Shown here: piece after piece, positions 26,602 to 38,650 of the stretch
How positions within the stretch are numbered: the first letter of the stretch is position 1
Layout of the letters: every line of letters starts with the position of its first letter
DNA from: Lama guanicoe
Lineage: Eukaryota
DNA: 64,000 nucleotides
Direction of reading: 5' to 3'
Assembly: GCA_013239625.1 (NCBI GenBank)
Contig: MU057347.1
Coordinates: 13,349,388-13,413,387 of the forward strand
Program-made: the position numbers and the translations under genes
The notes under the pieces: generated by a model
The model's database searches: none
What the model was told of the DNA's origin: nothing
Seen by the model: the letters and a program-made list of their open reading frames with translations, nothing else

Positions 26602-28763
26602 AGCAGCAGAGTCAGGGTTTGAACCCAAGGCCACACTAATGGTCCCCTGCCTCTCTATCACCACCCTCAGTAAGACGGGGAGTGGGGAGGCCAGTCTTCC
26701 ACTTGCTACTCGCCAGGCGTTGATTGCAACTGGTTAAATTATAGGCCCCAGAAAGCTGTGATTTGTAAAGCAGAAGACAGACAGGCCTTTAATTAGAGCC
26801 AGGCGGGTGGGTGGCTGGCTAATACTAAGTTCCGTAATAAGAGTCGTATTTTTTATTTGCTGGCTTGATCACACACATTCTGGAGGCCTCTTTGGAAACC
26901 TGTTCATAGAAAATAGGGTAAACAGCTATTTCTACCCCAAGAGAAGGAAAATGACTTTGCAGCAGAGTGACTATAACAAGGTTGGGCTCTAGGGGCAGCG
27001 GATCTGAGACAAACTCCAGCGCTGCCACCGACCTGCTGTGTGGCCTTGGGCAAGTCACAGCCCTCTCTGAACTTCTGTTTCCTCATCTGCAACATGGAGA
27101 TGAGAAAGACCTACCCTCGAGGTGGTGAGGATAATTAGAAATAATACACAGTAGGTGCACATCCCTCATGGGTTTGGGTCCAGGGATAACCATGTAAGAT
27201 GAATCATCATCATTTACTCTTGAAAAATCCTGCCTTTAAATTGGGAGGACCTAAACCCTGGAAGCTCAAAAGGCAAGAACTAATGTAATTTCAGTTGTGG
27301 TCTCCTTGTTTGAGGCCAGGAGGTACATGTCTACTGGGGACCGTTAGGGAAAGGTGAAAAGATGAAGGAGTAAATGAATTTTTCTTCTTCTGTCCCTCTT
27401 CCTTCTTAAGCAAGAAAAATCCAGTTCTCATGAATTAGATGCTGGGGTAAGGAAGTCAGTTCGAGCTAAAAGTCTTCGGCTCGTAGGAGCACTCACTATG
27501 GTTCTGGTTCTGAGATACAACTGCAGAGGTTCCAGACCGCATGAGCTGTCTCCTTCCGGCTGTAACCATCTGTGGGAGCTGGCTGAAGTCCACAGAGTGA
27601 GTCTGGAGTGGCTGAGAATTCACAGTGGGTTCAGTCAGGGGCTGCTGACTTCCTTGGGAGTCTTCAGCCCGGATGAGTAGCAAGGCTGGTTCAGACTGGT
27701 CAGGAGGTAATTCGTGCTGGTGTTGCCTCCTTTACTTCCAAGGATAGTTACCGAGGATGTGCACAAATTGGAAACAAAGAAAGAAAGAACTACAAGCTGC
27801 TCTTAGTGTGCAAGGCCCCTGATAATATAAATCAAGGGGAAATAAACCTAATGGTTAATAGGCTGAGAAGAGATGGACCAACAGATAACAAGGTGGCCTT
27901 CTGCTCAGAGGCTGGCTGCTAGCTGGAGGTTGGCTCCAGTGATTCTCAGGGGTGTGGTGCTGCCCACAAGGGCAGGTGCTAGAAGTGAGCGAGGACGTCC
28001 CGAGGATGGGAGGACAGCCCAGGCACTCGGGGGCAGCGGCTGGCATGCCAGGCGACCTGTAACAGGTGACACAGTTCTGCTTATGTTTTCCTGAACCTAG
28101 ACTCCACTCCATTTTACATCTAAACACGTCAAATACCTTCTGCCAATGCCAAGGTTTTCATACACCCTGAACTTTCCAGAAATGCAACCATTGGCTACAA
28201 TAGCCAAAGAGCTGTACTTTTCACCCGTTCAGAACTTTACCAAGAGTTACTCACCACGTTGGAAAAACCATGTGGCTCGTGGCAACGCCGCTCATGGTAT
28301 CTGAGCTGCCACTGCACCGGCAGCCCTGCTTTTGGGACTGTCATACTCACAGTGTTTCTATGTATAGCGTGAGCACCTGACACCTTCATCGTGTTTTCTG
28401 GTGTCATTGTCGTGACCAGGCATTTGCATACTGAAATGCATACAAGTTTAGGATAAATTATTTTCCTTGTAATTCTCCTTTCTACTAAAGTTAGGGCATT
28501 ACGTATAGTGATTTGGAGGGGGAAGTGATAGTTACACAGGTAAAGTGTATTATCTATGAGTTTTATTTTAGGGCAGTAAGGGGTGAGAGGAGTTAACAAA
28601 ATATCTGTTACATAAAAAGGGGCAAGCCCCCTTTTTTTAGGGTTTTAGGGGGTGAGAGCCATCACCCTGTATGTGTGTGCGTTTATACATCTTAGCTTCT
28701 CAGGGCTGTGTGCCTTGGCCCTCCCCTTCCCCTCAATGAGAGCACATCTCTCTGCTCATGCCT

Positions 28764-28869
28764 TTAGGGCCGGGCTGAGGGTGAGGCAGGCACCGTACAA
28801 CCCTGAGAGTGAACATCTTGAATTTTACGCCCTGGGCGCCTCGCCCGCCTCATCCTCCTCCTGGCCCCG
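28764..28869. mobile_element. MER96-like hAT MITE
   Basis: agggccgggctgagggtgaggc...accctgagagtga...aattttacgccctgggcgcctcgcccgcctca...ggcccc. Confidence 0.7.
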
Positions 28870-29604
28870 CCAGCATGATTTCAGGTGTTCGTGTGACTGG
28901 CCACCACCTCACTGGGAGCTCCAGCATGGGGCCCAGGCTGCCATGCTCTTCGCTGAGCCTGCAGTGCCAGCACCCTGGTGCTTGACGCACTGTGGTCACT
29001 GGTCGAATGAATGAAGGGCTGTATATTTCATATATATGTAAATAAAATTTAGTACGTTTTAACTTTACGGCAAGACTAAAAGCAAGACCCAGTCCTCCTT
29101 CCTACCTGGTAGCTGGAAGACAGACACACAACAAATTATTGCAAAGCCGAGTGAGGGGGTCAGGGGAGGCGGGGAGCCCACTGCCTGGGAGAAACCAAGT
29201 CCATCTAGGGGCGGGGTGAGGGAAGACTTCCTGTAGGAGGCACTACCTGAGCCCTGGGGGAGAGCAGTTTCCCAGGCAGTCACCGACCATCCAGTCTAGC
29301 CTGTTATTTTGTAGACAGGGAAACTGAGTCTGGTTCTAGGTCCAGCTCTGCCACTGCCCTGGCAAGTCTCTCCCCTTCTTTGGGCCTCATCCCCCGAGTC
29401 TGTACAATGAATGACCTCTAGGGTCAACCTGACTTCGCAGACAGAGATCTCAAACTGGCAGCTCTCAGGCTGTATCTCACCTGCTGACAGCTGTCACCTG
29501 CCTGATGCCAGGACACGTTTGAGCTGATCACCTATGTCTGAGGTCTGCATGAGGGCGAAAAACTTTATAAATTAGATGCTAAGGTTTTTGATTACACCTG
29601 AGAG

Positions 29605-29810
29605 CACTGGTTTTCAACCAGGGACGATTTTACCCCCACAGAGAACAACTTACCCCCTGCCCAAGGTTTTGGTTGTCACAGTGGGCGTGGAGTGGGGCGG
29701 GACCTGATACCGACATCTAGTGGGTGGAGGCCAGGGATGCTGTGGAACATCTCACAATGCACAAGACAGCTCCCCAAACAAAGAATTCTGCACCTGTGCT
29801 GAGGCTGAGG
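29605..29810 (+). mobile_element. MER20
   Basis: ctggttttcaaccagggacgatttt...ctagtgggtggaggccagggatgctg...acaatgcacaagacagc. Confidence 0.85.
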
Positions 29811-30949
29811 TCCCCCCTAAAAATCAAGTCCTTCTTCCTGGGGCACATCAGCTCCTGGCAAGGTCCCATCAGATCCCATTGTCTTTCTACTTGGCGATTA
29901 ATCACCAGTCTTTCTCTGTAGTCTGGAATTGTCCTCTGTGTTGTCACCATGCTTTCTCCCTCCAGGCCTGGGCTCCCCGGGAGCAGGGCCTGCCACTCCA
30001 ACTCACCCTTTGACTTCTCTAATTCAAATCTTGAAGCACCCTGGATATAGGGCCTGTCTGTTAAGACTCCTCTTTTCCACATGAGCAGAAAGAGCACAGC
30101 GAGTGTCACTGGCTTGACCAATGTCACACAGCGAATGAAGTGCAGGGGCTGGGATTTGAACCCAGGCACCCTGACCCCCAGCTCATTCTCTGAAGCTTTG
30201 TTTCTAATACTTGACCTCCTTAGGGGTTCAGGTTTTCTATACCCTCTCTGCTCACCACTCTCTATGTCTTTCTGGTTAGAACTGAGCTCTAAAGTTACAT
30301 TAGAAACAGACACAGAAGCTGTCTTTGAATCTCCTCTCTTGGTGATGTGCTGAGGCTCTGAGTTCGACCTCAGAAGGACCTTCTGACAGTGGCACATTCG
30401 GGTGGGACAGAAGAGTAGCATGAATGCTGGGGATGAGATGAGTGACGCACAACATGGGGGCTGAGAAAACAGGCTTTGGAGTCAGAACTGGGTTCTAGTG
30501 GTTGGGTTTCACCCCAGACCTAAGAAAAATTTCTTTACGTCTCCAAGTCTCAGTTTCCCTATCTGTGAAATGGGTGCAGTGATCCTCCCTCAGTCATTGA
30601 GTTGTGAGGATCTGACAAGAATACACACGTGGAGGGCTGGCCCTTGTTCAGTGAGGGGGCCTAGGGTGGCCTTTAGCTCCAGGGTCTGTGGAGGCAGGGG
30701 GATGACTGGAGAATTCTAGAAGGTAACAGTGTGTCTTCTTCTCCAGAGGGAAGAGGAAGGAAGAGGCCCTTTCAATTGCCTGGTTTTCTCTTTTAAGAAT
30801 TCTCCCCAACACACCTCTCTGCCCACTTTCACGCCACAAAGTTATTCTCCAAAAACCTTGGCCAGCAGCCCCCTGGGCACTGAGTACTCAACCAAGGGAG
30901 GAGTCTAGCCGCTTGGCTCGGCCCTTCTCTGCCTGGGACACATTGCTCA

Positions 30950-31400
30950 TTGTATGTCCATTCAGTCACCATGTTCTGACTACTTCCTGTGTGCCAGGCA
31001 CCGTGCTGGGCTCTGGGGGCACAACAGTGACTGAGGCAGGAAGTCACAGTCAGCAGGAGAGGAGGAGGAGCCCACGGATAGATAACTAGGGGGTCAACAG
31101 GCAATGGGGAGAGAGTGCCTGTGGGAGGGAGGAGGCTGATCAAGAAAGGCCCCTCTGAGGCACCTGTTAAGCTGAAGCATGAGGATGAACACAGCAAGAG
31201 AATGGAAACAGCAAGTGCAAAGGTCCTGAGGCAAGAACAAGGTATGTTTCAGGGCCGAAAAGAGGCCAATGTGGAAGCAGCAAGGGAAAGAGAGGCCAGA
31301 GATGATGATGGACAGCCAGGCGGGAGCCAGAGCACACAGGGTTTTGAAGGCCAGAGTGAGAAGCTTCCAATGTCTTTGAAGAACTCAGAGGAAGAGGAGG
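30950..31400 (-). mobile_element. L2 LINE fragment
   Basis: gtgtgccaggcaccgtgctggg...aacagcaagtgcaaaggtcctgaggc. Confidence 0.8.
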
Positions 31401-31634
31401 CTCTGGGCCCTGGGTGGAGGAGCGGCCTTTCTCTCGGGAGTGTCAAGGCTCAGGGGTACCAGCCTCAACCTTGCCTTCCTCCTTTGCTCGGGCATCTTTC
31501 CCTGCCTGGAACGTCCTTCCCCTTCCCCTCACCTGTCCAACTTCTCCTCAGCCCACCCTTCCTCAGGAAACCCTCTCTGACAGCTGTAGCCTGTGGGGAA
31601 CTCTTCCTCCCCTGAACACCCCTCTGACACTGAA

Positions 31635-31770
31635 ATCCTCTGGGGGATTTTGCTGACAATGTAGACTCCTTAGTCCACCCCAGAGAGACTGATTCAGGAG
31701 GTCTGTGGTAGGACCTAGGAATCTGCAGTTATAACAAATTCTTCCAGATGATTCCATCACTGGGTCTTGG
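31635..31770. mobile_element. MER5A-like hAT element
   Basis: ccaccccagagagactgattcaggaggtctg...ggaatctgca...aacaaattcttccagatgattc. Confidence 0.75.
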
Positions 31771-32374
31771 AGAGACACAGCTGCTGGCCTTTTCCCAGAG
31801 CCACCTCAGGCAGCAGAGCAGGTGGTGTGTGTATGAAGGGGGAGGGAGGGGACAGTCAGCGGGACCAGAAAATGCTGGTTTAAAGTCTCAGCTCTGCTAC
31901 TTACTCAGCTGGGCGATCTTGGGTGAGTGCCATCATCCCTTTGAGCCTCGGTTTCCTCATCTATGCAACCAGCACAGTCAGAGAGCAGTAAGTGCAAAGG
32001 CCCTGGGGAGGGAGGACCTTTCAGGGCTACCATAACTTCTAGTGCACATCCCACCAACAGGCTGTGCTATAGTCATCCACGGGGTTCTCATTCCTGAGGC
32101 AAGTGGCTTGATTTCTCATTTGAGAAATGGGATAGGAATAGCACTCTCTTCTTAAGGCTTTCGTGAGGATTGATGAATGCCCCTAGGTTTCTTAGGATGG
32201 TGCCTAGTACATAATAAATGGTGCTCAATAAATGGTGGGTCTGTTTCCTGTCTTCTCTGTAAAGAGTTGGCCTCTAAACTGCGTGCTTCCCAAGGTCAGA
32301 GGGGAGCATCACCGATGACTTAATGTGCAAGAACAGCTTTCTCAGGTGGAAGTTTTCTATCTCTCACACTGCTC

Positions 32375-32600
32375 TTATCTATCTTTTTATACTCCATCCA
32401 TCCATCCACCCATCCATCCTTCCTTCCTTCCATCTACCCAACCATTTATCCATATACTTATCCACCATCTATCTCTATCCATCCATCATCCATTCATCTA
32501 TCTGCTTGTTCATCTATCATTCATCTATTCACCCATCCACATATCCACCCACCTGTCAACTCATCCCTCCATCCATCCATCCTTCCCTCCCTCCATCCAG
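32375..32600 (+). repeat. Degenerate (TCCA)n array
   Basis: Read directly; abuts an antisense L2 tail (gtaagcatttatggagagcc). Confidence 0.85.
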
Positions 32601-33329
32601 TAAGCATTTATGGAGAGCCTGTGCCAGATTCTGGGGATACAGAAACTAAATAAACTCCGTCTATGCCTTTGAGGATCCCAAAGTCCCTAAGTTGCTTTGT
32701 AAAACATGACAGGGAGTATGCAGTTTGAATTTCTACTCTGCCATCTCTGCCAGTTCTCTCGCCTGACCTTGAGATAGTGACTTCATCTCCCTCAACCTTA
32801 ACTTTTTCATCAGTAAAACACAGGCAATAAACTCTATCTCCAAAGATTAGATGAGGTCAGAAAGATAAAGCACTTTTTACAGAGCTGGGCACATAATAGG
32901 CATTTAAAATATGGTTCCTATGATTCTAAGTGGAAACTGGGAAGGTTTCTTGGAGGCTTCTAGGCTTGACTCTATAGAAGGATGGAAAGGATTTGGATGT
33001 GTGAGAGTTAAGAGGAGAAGGGGAATTCTGGACAGAGGACACAGTAGGAGCAAAGGCAGAGGCAGGGAAACTCAGGGTTCACAGAAGGGCCAGGGGAAGA
33101 GGAACGCTCTGCTTTCCTTCCCTCAGCCTGCTCGGGGCAGCAGGGTCCAGAGGACTGGAAAAGCGGGTGGGATGGGCTCTCAGGGGTGAGAGCCTGCAGT
33201 CCAGGTGACCCAGATAGCCACAGGCAGACGGAACTGGGTCATGGGAATTAATCTCTGCCACACGGCGGGCTCCCCTCCACCCACCATCTGGGCTGGCAGG
33301 GCCTGGCTGGGTGGGAGATTTGTTCTGAC

Positions 33330-34165
33330 ACCTAGATGCCCCATGGGAGCCTCAGACTTCACAAGGCCAAGCAAGCAGTGCTCTTGATCCCCGACTATCT
33401 GCTCTTTGCTGGATTTTTCCTGTTTTGGCAAACGGCACCTCCATCCTCCCAGATCCTCAGGCCACCCACTCAGGAGCCCTCCTTGACTTCTCTCTGTCCA
33501 TCAGCAAATCCTGTGGGCTCCACCTTCAAAACAAGTGGATCCAGAGTCTGACCTCTGCTCCCTACTTCCACCACACCACCCTGGTCCAGCTCACCAACGT
33601 GTCCCACAAGGACTACTGCAGTGGCCTCCTCACTGACGTCCCTGTGCCCTCCCTCACCCCCGCAGTCTATTCTCCACTCAGAATGATCTTTGAAAAACAC
33701 ATTGACACTGTCACTGCCCAGTGTCCCATTGCACTTGGAATAAAAGCCAACGGCCTCACTGTGACCTCAAGGCCCTGCCTGATCTGTCCCTCCCAATCCA
33801 ACTCCACCCTCTTGCTCATACTGACCTCCTAGATGCTTCTCCAGTGCCTCAAACTCGCTCCAGCCTCAGGGCCTTTGCACTTACAGTTCTCACTACTCCC
33901 CTCCCCCAGATCTCTGCAGGTCTCTTTCTTCCTCACCCTGAGGTTTCAGTTCAGATGTTACCTCCACAGAGAAGCCTTCCTGACCATCTTGGTAAAGTAG
34001 CTTCCTCCTCACTTGTTATCCCAAGACCCTCTTTAGGGATTTGAAAGCACTCAGTCATTTCTTCTTTGACTTGTCGATTGTCTTGCATGGTAGAATGAGG
34101 GGACAGGAACTGTGTCTGTCTTGATCCCCTGGTACACAGGAGGTGCTCGATAAATGCTTGTTGGC
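33330..34165 (+). mobile_element. L2 LINE, ~0.8-kb 3' fragment
   Basis: cagcaaatcctg...ctccaccttcaaa...ggactactgcagtggcctcct...cagggcctttgcactt...ggtgctcgataaatgcttg. Confidence 0.9.
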
Positions 34166-35591
34166 CTTTCCCAGTGGGTAGGTTGAGGAGACCTCTCAGA
34201 ATCAGAATCACACAGGCATGGGAGCACTTTTGAGACAGGAGTGGTGAGCTTCTTAGCGATCATCAGAGCCCCCGTGCCTGTTACACGGGCGTGGAATCTG
34301 AGGCCCAGAGAGGGGAAGGAACTGGTCCTCAGGCACATAGCCCTGCTATGACAGAACCAAGGCTGGGACCCAGGCTTACCCCGGCTCAGGTCTTAGCCTC
34401 TCAGCGGGGGGCTTGTTCCTCATCAGGGCCTCACAGAATCCCCCGATAGCCAGTCGTGCCACCCCAGGCTGCAGACCCTGCCACACTGTCCGCCTGCCTC
34501 CTCACAACCCTGCACCAGCCACTCCACCTTCCTCTGCCCGACATGGGGATTTCTTCTAGGCTTGTTGGCTTCTGGAAAACCCAGGAGGAAGCAGAAAAAA
34601 CAGCAGCATTCTCGCCTCCAGGGTGGAGAGGGCACTGGAGAGAGGCAAGCTCTCTGGAGTAGGGGGAGGTGTTGCTCTGCCTCCAAGGTCACAGCCAAGG
34701 GTAGCCACAGACCCTGGCTGCCCAGAGCCCTCCTCAGCTGTCAGATGCATATCCCCCAACCCACCGCCCACCCGCATGTCTAGATGGGAAGACAGGCAGG
34801 ACTCAGGCCCCGTCAGGCCAGGGTTTGCAATGCTCCTTGGTCCAGTGACCTTGGACACCCTCTTTCTCTGAGCCTCAGTCTCCTCATGTGTAAAATGGGG
34901 TGAAACTACTGATGTTGCACAGAAATCAATGGGAAATCTTTTCTTGCTTCCTGCAAGAAAATAATAGCAACCAGTTTGAGCACCTACTGTATGAACTTTC
35001 CTAAGTGCCTTAATTGTGGCTTTTAAACCTTCTAGATGGGGACCCCGAGTGAGAGGTACATTTGCAAAACAATCCCGAGAGCACACCCACCCTGATACAA
35101 CACCCATCCTTGTGACAATAACACACTCTTGCATTATTGTTCTTGTTTTTTCAATGGTGGTTGGCGACCTACTAAATTGATTTTATGACCCTCAATTTGA
35201 AAAGCACTGTGTTAGCTCATTTAAGCCTCACAAAACCTTATGAGAGAAGAACTATTAATATCCCATTTTTATAGATCAGGAAAGGGCTTGGCTGAGTAAG
35301 TGATGGGGCCCTGAGGCCAAGTCAGCCTTCAAACCTTAACTGCTGTGCTCAGCTGCCCCTTTAAGGGCTGGGAGGTAAGCAGGGCCCCTTCCTGGGATGG
35401 GGTGATGGAAACCTTTCCACAATTCCCTAGCAACTTCCCTTCCTTGGCCCCAGGCAGCTCCTCTTTTGGTTTCCCTAAGCAGGACGTCAGGTTAGTAAAA
35501 CAGATCCCAGAGTTTAATTAAAATAATGAGCTGTGCCAAAGGCAGGGCGCCAGGGCGAGCCAGAGTGGGGAAGATGAATTACAGTTTTGTT

Positions 35592-35822
35592 TGGGGAAGA
35601 GGTGGGGAGGGAGGGAGGGGAGAAGACAGGGGCCTGTGAGGGGAAGAGAAGGTGAGTATGAGAGAAGGGAAGAGGAAAGAAGGAAAAAGAGGAGAGAGGT
35701 GGGAAATGAGGAGGGAAGAGCAGGAGAGAAGAGAGAAAGAAAAAAGACGGGAGGAGGAGGAGGAAGAAGAGAAAGGGGGAGGGAGATAGAGGAGAGAGAC
35801 AGACAGACAGACCTGAGAAAGG
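35592..35822 (+). repeat. Polypurine (GA-rich) tract
   Basis: ~230 nt almost entirely A/G on plus, i.e. CU-rich in the KCNB1 pre-mRNA. Confidence 0.9.
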
Positions 35823-37199
35823 CAGTCGTGTTTTGATGCGGCTCTGCACACACTCCTGCCTCCTTTAACCCCTCCTCCCAGAGAATCCCAAGATCAGAAT
35901 CTTCTACAAGATCGAAATCTGTCACTCCTCTGCTTTAGAGCTCTCTATGGCTCCCCAGTGCCTTCGGAATAAACCCAGACTCCTTCCTGTGGCTCTCGAG
36001 GCCCTGCAGGATCTGGCTCCTGCCACCCCTCCCACTCTCTCTTGTCCCCACTCTCCTCCTCCCCTCCCCGCAGTCCGTGGGAACTCTGGCTCCTCCTTCA
36101 AGGTCTCCTTAAATATCACCTGGGGGCACAGGGCTGAGCCTGACGGGCAACACCCAGTTCCTGAGCTCCTGGTTCAGAGGGGGAGCTGGACAACACGCAG
36201 GTACTGGATGAAACGGCAGAAAATTGAAGGCGGGGATCAGCGCTGGGCGGAAGAGCGGTGACCGCCTCTGAGCGCACTTCGTGCAGGCCCTGCTCAGAGC
36301 GTGCAGGCACTGCACTCTGTTCATGCTCTGAGCCGGAACTAGGTGCCATTATCGCCTTCACCCCCACGAGCAGTGAAACAGGCTGCACGCAGCTTATTGA
36401 GACAGAGCTGGGTTCTGGCTTTGAAACCACCAGGCTTCGTGGCAGCTCCAAATAGTGAGGAGATGGGCAGGGTGGACAGATGGGTGGGGGCAGGGAGGGA
36501 GAGATATTTGGTGGCCTGAGAAGGTGATCTCCTCAGAGACAGAGGGGCTGGCCACGCAAAGACGGAGGGGAGAGTGTTCTAGGATGGCTGATGTGGTGGG
36601 ATATTCTGAGCCCTGCTCCACCTCAGTACCTAACCTGTTACCATCCTTAAAATGTACATGGCCCAGGCTGGTGTGGGCATTGAGGGAGGCCAGAGCCAAG
36701 TCCACTGAAGGCTTGGTGGGTTCCAGCCCCGTGACAGGGCCCTGGGCTCTTTCCTGTCTGAAGGTGACCTTGGAGAAAGGTTTAGGGGACTCAGTCCCCT
36801 GCCAGTCTTTCCAGCAGCCCAAGGTCAGGGGAGGTCCAGGAATATAATGTCTTTTCAGTTGTCACACATGTGGCTTCATTCCTTCACTCACTCCCTCCTG
36901 CCTCACCACGGCCCGCTTGTCCCTGAAGTCCTCTCTGACCTCATCTCACACTCCTCTCCTCCTCACATGCTCCACTCCAGCCACAGTGACCGCCTGGCCA
37001 TTCTCCCAACATACTGAATCATTTCTGCCCCAGGGCCTTTGCAGTAGAATCCCCTCTGCCTGGAATGTTCTTCCTCCATTTTGTGATGCTGTCCTTAATC
37101 AAGCCTCAGCTTCTAGGAAGGGATTGCGGGTGTGCAAAAGAGGGGCCATTCTGCTCAGACCTCACAATTCCTAAGGGTCTTAAACAAGAGTTTTCATGA

Positions 37200-37650
37200 T
37201 ACAGATATAAGCTTACTCACTGCACCTCTATTTATTGAAACAACTTCAGTGTCCATTTACAGGGGAAAATTAAATCAACATTGGGCCACCCACACAATGG
37301 AATACTACACAGCTGTACAAAAGAGCAAAGGGGCCCAGTGTGTGTAAATGGGGAATAATCCCTGAGGAATGGTGCTAGCAGTCCCAGTAAGATGAGAACG
37401 TGTGTAACTAATTAGCCCCCATTTCAATAAAACAGAGAACGAAGGATCTACACACATATGAGTTTGGATTAACTTGTGTATGGAAAAACTGTTTCTGGAA
37501 GGGATCAGAAGAAATGGGTGACAATGGCTGCCTCTAAGGAGGAGGGAGGGGGACAGGGGCAGGAGAAGGACTTTTCACTGTGTGCCCTTTTGAACACTTT
37601 GACTTTCATACCAAGAAAATATATCACCTATTCAAAAAACTGACATTTCA
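37200..37650 (+). mobile_element. L1ME-like 3' end
   Basis: cacacaatggaatactacacagctgt...tggctgcctctaaggag...cttttcactg. Confidence 0.7.
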
Positions 37651-38343
37651 ATATTTTTAGAATTTTGACCTTAACTCTAAATGGGTTACATACACAAACA
37701 GTGACGGTGACGTAAAAAGACTGTGATTGTCAACCACACCACCTTGCAGCCATTACTGGCTCATGCCTAGAGAACGGTATGAATTTATAATATAAATATA
37801 TAAATACATAAAACAAATCCTGAGGTTATCTTGTGAGCCTCATGCGTGCACTGTGTTGTAATTTTGTGTGGGTAGGTCAAAAGCATGAATTCATTCAATT
37901 TTATATTTTAAATGTACCATAACTTTTGAGATATCTTCATTTGGGAGCTTTTAAAAACATTAATTAATATACCAGGAGTCTAAAAAAATAGGAATCTTCC
38001 GGGCTTCTCTTGGCCTGAGGGACCATGTCCCAGTTCTCCTCAGGGAGAGACCTAAGAAGCTCAGAGAAAAGGACCAGTAAACACCAGTCCCTCATTTGGC
38101 CGCTCCCGGGGGACGGTGCCAAGTCCACCAGGATGCAGAGGCAGGGCCAGGGCCGCCCCTGGTGACTGGGGGCAGGAGGGATAGCAGCCTGGAAGGCTGG
38201 TCTGGCTACGAACTGGGGGGACCATCTTGTGTTGCCTCTTCTGGAGACTGCCCCTCACAGAGCCAAGCAAGAAGCTCTGCCTGGTTCTGTCCGACTCCAC
38301 AGCTCAGGCTTTTTAGCAACTAAATCTAGTGAGAGGTGTTGAT

Positions 38344-38650
38344 ACTGTATGTTTTCACTTAAAAATCTAAAAAATGAAATAAACAAATCAATATAACAAA
38401 ACAGAAACTGACTCACAGAAACAGAGAACAGACTAGGGGTTACCCCCGGGGAGAGGGGTAGGGGATGAAGAGGTATGAACTACTAGGTATAAAATAAATA
38501 AGCTACAAGGATATACTGTACAGCACAGGGGATGTAGGCAATGTTTTACAGTAACTTTAAATAGGGTATAATCTGTAAGAATATTAAATCACTACATTGT
38601 ACACCGGAAACCAATATATTGTAGATCAACTACACTTAAATTTAAAAAAA
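38344..38650 (+). mobile_element. 5'-truncated L1 3' end (cetartiodactyl-type) with TSD
   Basis: acagaaactgactcacagaaacagagaac...aagctacaaggatatactgtacagcacaggg...atcaactacactt plus A tail; tgttgat at 38337-38343 and 38651-38657. Confidence 0.85.

Noticed and set aside
28614-28638. Hairpin plus T-run resembling a rho-independent terminator
   Set aside because: Mammalian intron; probably the end of an old DNA-transposon remnant.
29717-30421. 234-aa minus-strand ORF, the longest outside KCNB1
   Set aside because: Runs through MIR and MER20 sequence; no domain or convincing splice sites.
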